Of a stretch of DNA of 64,000 bases, positions 59,206 to 64,000 are shown one piece after another (positions within the stretch are counted from its first letter, which is position 1; each line of letters opens with the position of its first letter). The notes beneath the pieces were generated by a model. That model was not told where the DNA came from and searched no databases. It saw only the letters and a list, made by a program, of their open reading frames with translations. Source of the stretch: a plasmid; sequence record NZ_CP019224.1; one strand, 5' to 3'. The translations under genes were made by a program, and so were the position numbers.

Positions 59206-59426
59206 GAATATCGCGTTCGTTAGGCCACCTAACTAGCGTCCGTTACCAAACCGTGACCTGAGTGCAAGAGGTGTGATGTGCTGGAGGCGGGTGAAGTTAG
59301 GGTACCCTAAGTGGCGGTGGGATGGTGTGGCGAGGGGTCGGGTCCGGGCATAGCAGGTGGTGGCGGTGGTGAGATTTTTGGGTTCGGGTGCGGCGTAAGG
59401 GTTTTGCGGGCTTTACGGTGTGAGAC
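59206..59426. promoter_or_regulatory. divergent intergenic region; candidate oriT / promoters for relaxase and HTH gene
   Basis: A 221-bp non-coding gap between divergently oriented genes immediately 5' of the relaxase. MobF oriT sites usually lie here. No nic consensus is confidently recognised by eye. Confidence 0.3.
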
Positions 59427-59906
59427 ATGGGAAACAAGGCGGTGAGCAAGCAAGCCCGGCGCGCGGCGCGGGAAGCGGCAACAGCGGCGCAAGACGAAGT
59501 GATCCGACGCACGAAGGCCAACGTCGAGGACTTAGCGACGTTCTTCGATGCGCGCGACCGCGCCGAAGCGGTCGATGCGTGGCTGGCCGAGCGCCAGCAG
59601 GCGCTGGCGCAGCAGGCCGCACAGCGGCGCGCCAACCAACGGGTCAAGGCAGGCGCGGCGCTGCGCGCGATGCGTGACCGCGGGGAAACGCTACGTGAGA
59701 TCGGCCGCATGGCCGGGCTCAGCGAAAAAGCGGTGCGCGACTTGATTCGTGAAACCGAATCCAGCGAGCAGGCCGCGGAACCGGTAGCGGGCGCGGTTAC
59801 ACCGGCGCCGGCGGTCACACCAGAACGCGTGGGCGGCAAAGGCGATGACGCACAGAGCCCACCAGCGGATGCGTTGACAGCGGAGCCGATACCGGCGCAC
59901 GCGTAG
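59427..59906 (+). CDS. HTH-containing protein (possible relaxosome accessory/regulator)
   Basis: 159 aa. ETLREIGRMAGLSEKAVRDLIRE resembles a sigma-70 region-4/LuxR-type HTH. Transcribed divergently from the relaxase. Confidence 0.45.
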   Translation: MGNKAVSKQARRAAREAATAAQDEVIRRTKANVEDLATFFDARDRAEAVDAWLAERQQALAQQAAQRRANQRVKAGAALRAMRDRGETLREIGRMAGLSEKAVRDLIRETESSEQAAEPVAGAVTPAPAVTPERVGGKGDDAQSPPADALTAEPIPAHA

Positions 59907-59994
59907 CCGGGCCTCGCAAGGTTGTCAGTGCCGGCGGGGATGATGACGGCGACGGGCGGCGCAGGGCCGCAAGGGAACCGAAAGCATCGGGAGT

Positions 59995-60519
59995 ATGGGG
60001 GTTTCGGAACCGCTACGGCTGGTGGTGGATCGGCGCGTGCACGCCGAGGAGTTAGGTCGGTTCGAAAACAACGTCGTTCGGGGCCCGGGCGCCGACGATT
60101 GCGCGATCTGGTGTTCGGCGATCGGCGGGGACGGGTACGGACGGTTTTGGGTGTACCGCGGTGGTGCGCGGATGATGGTGCGGGCCAACCGGTATGCGCT
60201 GGCCGCCTCGCTGGAGGGGAAGGCGTTAGAGCCGTGGGTGCGCGCCCTGCACGGCTGTGACAATCCGGTGTGCGTGCGAGCGAGTCTGCCCGACGAACTC
60301 GGCTTGCTGCATGTCATCGGCGGCTCGCAGCGCGACAACATGCAGATGATGGCGCGGGCGCGCCGCGGCGGGGGCCGGGTGCTGGTGCGCCGGGGCGATC
60401 ACGGAGTCATGGCGCGGCGAGCGCGCGCGGTGGCGCTGCGCGATGCGGTGCGCCACGGATGGGATGCCGAAGCCGTCGAGGCAGCGCTGCTGGGCTCTAC
60501 CGACCCGACACTATGGTGA
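59995..60519 (+). CDS. HNH endonuclease family protein
   Basis: 174 aa. CAIWCSAIGGDGYGR...RANRYALAASL...ALHGCDNPVCV contains the Cys pair, Asn and HxCDNxxC elements of HNH nucleases. Confidence 0.5.
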   Translation: MGVSEPLRLVVDRRVHAEELGRFENNVVRGPGADDCAIWCSAIGGDGYGRFWVYRGGARMMVRANRYALAASLEGKALEPWVRALHGCDNPVCVRASLPDELGLLHVIGGSQRDNMQMMARARRGGGRVLVRRGDHGVMARRARAVALRDAVRHGWDAEAVEAALLGSTDPTLW

Positions 60520-60796
60520 GCGGCCGGGCACCAACGGATTTGGCCGTGGCAGCCGGTGGCGTGGCCGTCGAAACCCAGATCGCGGCCCGAGGCCTAGAAA
60601 GAGCGCCGGGGGGGCGCGGGGATGGGCGCGTAGTCGAAGCGCGGCAGCGAGGCGGCGCGGCGCGGCGAGCCGGCGAGTGCCGGCGAGGATCGCGGACAAG
60701 ACTCGAGGCCCCCCGGGTCGGGCTGAGCACGTCCGGCGGCGGGAATCGTGGCGGCGGTGGCGAACAGGTGGCGACGTGCGGCAAGCAACCGTGATG

Positions 60797-60858
60797 CGGG
60801 AAGAAAAAAGGGGGCCCGGCCAACCCCTCGTGGTGGGAGAGGGCTGGCCGGGCCCGGG
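60797..60858 (-). terminator. intrinsic terminator-like hairpin + T-tract (minus strand)
   Basis: On the minus strand: GGGCCCGGCCAG, then a loop, then TTGGCCGGGCCC, followed by CCCCCTTTTTTCTTCC. Lies immediately 3' of the DUF932-like gene. Confidence 0.55.
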
Positions 60859-60875
60859 TAGACCACCGGGGGCAG

Positions 60876-61923
60876 CTAGAGGGTCTGAAGCATCCGGAAC
60901 GCTTGAGCTTTCAGCGATTGTCCGCTGGCCGCGGTGGTGATGTTGCGCAACGCGCGCGCGGCGCTGGCGTCGGTGGCGGTTTTGGCGCCGCGGACTGGAA
61001 CGACGTGGTCCAGGTATTCGGTGACCGCGTTGTAGGCGGCCCAGCGGGTGCCGGCGATGGGCGCGATGGTCTCAGAGGACGTCCACAGTTTCACGATGCT
61101 GTTGGCGCGTTCACGACGGTGGCGGCGCGTGGCGGTAGTGCCCGCCGAGTCGACCTCGAGCAGCGTGTTGGCGAAGCTGCGCATCTCCTCGGTGTCCATC
61201 GGGGCGGCATAGAGCGCAGCTGCCTCGGCTTCGAATGCCTCGATGTAACGCCAACTGAGCTTGAGGGCGTTGCGGGCCTCGGCGATGGAGGCTCGCGCGC
61301 CGCCGGTGTGGCGGATGGAGAAGCTGGACTTGGCCGACCGGATCGCCGCGCTTTGGGTGTTCGCGCAGACAATGCGGATGGGCGACAGGAGGAAACGGAA
61401 GGCTGCACTGCCATCGTGAGAATTTAAGGCCGCGAGGTAGAAGTCAGTGCGGTCTTTGCTGCCGTCCTTACCGTCGAAGACCATGCTGCTGGGCAGCTTC
61501 ATGGTGACGAAGGTTTCCCGCCCGCCGCGCAGCGCGCCGGCGGTCTCGAAGTGGGCGCCTCCGCTTTGGTCCACGAGGGCGTCGAGCAGGTCGCAGGAGG
61601 CCTCGTTTTGGAGGGGCTCGTACTTGCTGCCAACGACCCCGAGGACGTCGAGGCGACCGTTGATCGGGTTGGTGCGCACGGTCGCATAGAAGTCGGGCAC
61701 CACCAGAGGCGCCGGCGTGGTGACGCCGGTGTCGTCGATGACGGGTTCCTGGGGAACCTGCAGCGGCATTTTGCGGACGTTCCAGCCGGCCATGTGCGCG
61801 GCTTCCAGTGCCTCGCGGGCGGTCATGGTGTGGCCAACGGTTTGACCGAGGCGGTGCCAGTGGTCGCTGCGGGAGTTAGCGAAGGAGACGTGCCCGTTGG
61901 TGGTGTCGAGTTCGTGTGCCATG
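60876..61923 (-). CDS. DUF932-like phage/plasmid-related protein
   Basis: 349 aa from the ATG (MAHELDTTNGHVSFANSRSDHWHRLGQ...). The size and the conserved block LLSPIRIVCANTQ match the DUF932 family common on plasmids near transfer genes. Confidence 0.55.
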
Positions 61924-61954
61924 AGAGATGTTCCTTTCCGGGAAACTGTGTTTT

Positions 61955-62340
61955 GTTCGCGCCGGTCAGCGCTGGGGTGCGGGTAAGCGGGTGAGGGTGG
62001 ACGCTCAACCCCGAAGAGTCCCGGGCCGGGAGCTCGCCGGGTTTTCGGCCCGGGCTCGCCGGCGCGCAGCGCCTTCGGGCGAGCTTCCGTAGGGCCGAAA
62101 ACAGTCACTCGGCACGGCGATGCCCGGCCCGGGCGTGGGTTGAGGGGGCGGGCCCCCGCCCGATTACCATGAGCACCCCGCTGACAGGCAAATGAGGTGA
62201 GGGGCTACGGGTTTGGTGGCCACCGCGAGGTGGCCAGTCCGGTCGCGCGGGGCGCGCCGGCCACCGCGGGGAACCGGAAGAAAAAGGGGGGCCCGGCCAA
62301 CCCCTCACGATCGGAGAGGCGGCCGGGCCCGGGCGCCGGT
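61955..62340 (-). repeat. ~380-bp repeated intergenic element, copy 1 (terminator + structured leader)
   Basis: Aligns along its length, at high identity (no percentage computed), to 63345-63725. Contains a terminator hairpin/T-tract (62275-62333) and a long imperfect hairpin (CGGGTTTTCGGCCCGGGCTCGCC...GGCGAGC...GGGCCGAAAACAG). Confidence 0.7.
62275..62333 (-). terminator. intrinsic terminator-like hairpin + T-tract (minus strand)
   Basis: GGGCCCGGCC...GGCCGGGCCCCCCTTTTTCTTCC on the minus strand, immediately 3' of the 62340..62876 gene. Confidence 0.55.
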
Positions 62341-62876
62341 CAAGTCCATAACAGGCTGGGGACTTTCGTCCAGGTGTGGCCAGGGTGGGTGTCGGTGAGG
62401 TAGATGCGGTCTCGTGTCCAGCGGCCGGGCCTGCCGTATCCGTGGGCGGTCAAGACGGGCAGCATGTTTCGGGGCTGCTCGTAGTCGTCGAGGGGCAGGG
62501 CGCTTTTGTCAAAGTACTCGCGGCGGTCGGCGTTGCACACGTAGATGTGGGCAGCGGGGCGCGAGGACGGCCGGGGGGTGTTGGCTGTGATGCCGGCAGC
62601 GTGGTCGATGAGGCCTTCGAACCGGACGAACTGGTGGGGTTGGATAGCCCAGTACAGATTGGTGTCCTGTCCTGGCTCGGCGGGGGCGTAGTCACCGGCC
62701 CACACCAGCCGCGATCCCCCGTCGAGGGCGAGCAGTGTTTCGACGGCGGCGAGGAAGGGTGTGCCTTCGCGGGTCTGGACGCCCAGGCGTTCACTGATCC
62801 CGTAGTCCGCGGGGTGAACTGCGCGGGTGATGCGGCCGGCCTGGTCGAGAAATGTCGCGATGTAGTACTCGCCCAT
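62340..62876 (-). CDS. hypothetical protein
   Basis: 178 aa from an internal ATG preceded by AGGAGAA (MGEYYIATFLDQAGRITRAVHPADYG...). No motifs. Confidence 0.45.
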   Translation of the reverse strand: MGEYYIATFLDQAGRITRAVHPADYGISERLGVQTREGTPFLAAVETLLALDGGSRLVWAGDYAPAEPGQDTNLYWAIQPHQFVRFEGLIDHAAGITANTPRPSSRPAAHIYVCNADRREYFDKSALPLDDYEQPRNMLPVLTAHGYGRPGRWTRDRIYLTDTHPGHTWTKVPSLLWT

Positions 62877-62972
62877 GGGTGAATTCTCCTTCGTGTGACT
62901 GAGGTTGGTAGGTGAGAGGCGGTGGTGGTTGGACAGGGTGCAAAGTCGGGCCTGCCCAACCACCACCGGTGG

Positions 62973-63317
62973 CTAGTGATAGAGGGCGCCGTGGAGCCGC
63001 TCGGCGGTGAGCAGCTCCCAGCCGCTGGAGGCGCACGCCCAGGCGGTCTCGCCGATGACCACGACGTCGCCGACGCTGAGGCTGCGGTGACCGGCGAGCC
63101 GGTACTTGAGGGCCCATGGCTGGTCGGGCTCATCGATGTTGAGCTGCTCAAAGACGAGTTCCAGACAAGCCTTGATCTGCTCGGTGCTGGGTGGGCACGC
63201 CACGGTCAGCGTGAATCCCGCGGCAGCGGCAAGCTGCGCGGGTGCGAGCTCTCCGAAGCCGTGGAACTGATGGGCGCCTTCGTTGAGGTACACGGTGGTG
63301 ATGAGGTCGTAGGACAT
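62973..63317 (-). CDS. hypothetical protein
   Basis: 114 aa. The ATG is preceded by GGAGAAA. No motifs. Confidence 0.45.
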   Translation of the reverse strand: MSYDLITTVYLNEGAHQFHGFGELAPAQLAAAAGFTLTVACPPSTEQIKACLELVFEQLNIDEPDQPWALKYRLAGHRSLSVGDVVVIGETAWACASSGWELLTAERLHGALYH

Positions 63318-63344
63318 GCGATTTCTCCGTTCTGTGCGGTGCTG

Positions 63345-63725
63345 GGCGCGCCGGTCAGCGCTGGGGGAGTGGGCTAACCGGGTGAGGGTGGGCGTGCAAC
63401 CCCGAAGAGACCGACCCGGTTACTCGCCGGGTTTTCGGCCCGGGCTCGCCCGGCGCGAAGCGCCATCGGGCGAGCTGCCGTAGGGCCGAAAACAGTCACT
63501 CGGCACGGCGATCACCGGGTCGGGCGTGGGTTGCGCGGTCGGGCCCCCGCCCGGTTAGACTGCGACCCTTGCTGACGGCAAACAAGGTGAGGGGCTACGG
63601 ATTTGGTGGCCACCGCTGAGGTGGCCAGTCCGGTCGCGCGGGGCGCGCCGGGACCTCAGCGGGCCGGAAGAAAAAGGGGGGCCCGGCCCACCCCTCACGA
63701 TCGGAGAAGTGGCCGGGCCCGGGAC
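63345..63725 (-). repeat. ~380-bp repeated intergenic element, copy 2
   Basis: See copy 1. Includes a terminator at 63665-63723, 3' of a partial gene that runs off the window end. Confidence 0.7.
63665..63723 (-). terminator. intrinsic terminator-like hairpin + T-tract (minus strand)
   Basis: GGGCCCGGCCAC...GGGCCGGGCCCCCCTTTTTCTTCC on the minus strand. Confidence 0.5.
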
Positions 63726-63734
63726 ATGTTGGGG

Positions 63735-64000
63735 TTATTCGGGGTTGGTGGCGTCGACGATGGCGCTGCGGATCTGTTCGGGGGGCATGCCTGAGCGCAG
63801 TGCGGTCAGCAGCATCAGCGCCAGCCGCGGCGGCGGGGTCTTGGTGGCTTCGGCTTCGTCGAGTGCGGTGCGCGCCGCGATGGCCGCGCGCACGCTGTCC
63901 TCGAGCAGGCAGTAGCAGGCGGCGGCGATCGTGAGCGCTTCGGCGCGGGGCTGGCCGCGCAGGCGCCGGCCGATGTGAGTCCACAGTTGCGCGCCGGCCT
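63735..64000 (-). CDS. partial CDS (3' end only; continues beyond window)
   Basis: The minus-strand frame is open from the window edge to a stop at 63735-63737 (...LALMLLTALRSGMPPEQIRSAIVDATNPE). There is no in-window start, so it is absent from the ORF track. Confidence 0.3.
   Translation of the reverse strand, partial: AGAQLWTHIGRRLRGQPRAEALTIAAACYCLLEDSVRAAIAARTALDEAEATKTPPPRLALMLLTALRSGMPPEQIRSAIVDATNPE

Noticed and set aside
62105-62308. 67-aa minus ORF inside the repeated intergenic element
   Set aside because: It overlaps the terminator hairpin and is Pro/Arg/Gly-rich. The region is better explained as structured non-coding leader. The second copy does not preserve the ORF.

Overview
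This window is very high-GC DNA of actinobacterial, apparently mycobacterial, type, with dense coding on both strands. It reads as a segment of a large conjugative plasmid of the kind that carries a plasmid-type ESX (type VII secretion) locus next to type-IV-secretion-like conjugation genes. I saw no rRNA, tRNA or CRISPR.

Walking 5' to 3':
- 1-7.5 kb: cargo genes, including a fused helix-turn-helix/nucleotidyltransferase ORF, a proline-rich membrane protein and a 774-aa Esp-like protein. The Esp-like protein has a WxG motif followed by a Gly/Pro-rich low-complexity region.
- 7.5-12.5 kb: a nested insertion-sequence island. It holds a vapC remnant, an IS607-family element (tnpA serine recombinase plus tnpB) and an IS256-family element with inverted repeats and a 9-bp target-site duplication inside a duplicated fragment of the Esp-like gene. 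An intact vapBC pair follows.
- 12.6-15.9 kb: three tandem paralogous genes with a shared ~190-aa N-terminal domain and different C-terminal modules (Pro/Tyr-rich unknown, SLT-like lytic transglycosylase, NlpC/P60 peptidase). A ~620-bp near-identical direct repeat spans the N-terminal region of copies 2 and 3. These genes sit directly upstream of eccB.
- 15.9-33.3 kb: a complete ESX locus in the order eccB, fused eccC, PE, PPE, an esxM/esxN-like WXG100 pair, espG, an EspI-like ParA ATPase, eccD, mycP, eccE, eccA.
- 33.9-46.5 kb: conjugation-type genes. These are a large polytopic VirB6-like membrane protein, small hydrophobic proteins, a TcpC-like anchored protein and a VirD4/TraG-like coupling ATPase. 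A VirB4-like ATPase gene is cleanly split by an IS3-family element with a 4-bp TSD. Removing the IS restores a ~993-aa open frame.
- 46.5-53 kb: small unknown ORFs, an HD-domain protein, a truncated paralogous fragment of the coupling protein and a coiled-coil protein with internal tandem repeats.
- 53.3-59.2 kb: a 1963-aa MobF-type relaxase/helicase with a long C-terminal extension. A divergent HTH gene and a candidate oriT region lie upstream.
- 60-64 kb: an HNH-like nuclease, a DUF932-like protein and two small genes. A ~380-bp intergenic element is repeated twice in direct orientation; each copy pairs a hairpin/T-tract terminator with a long leader.
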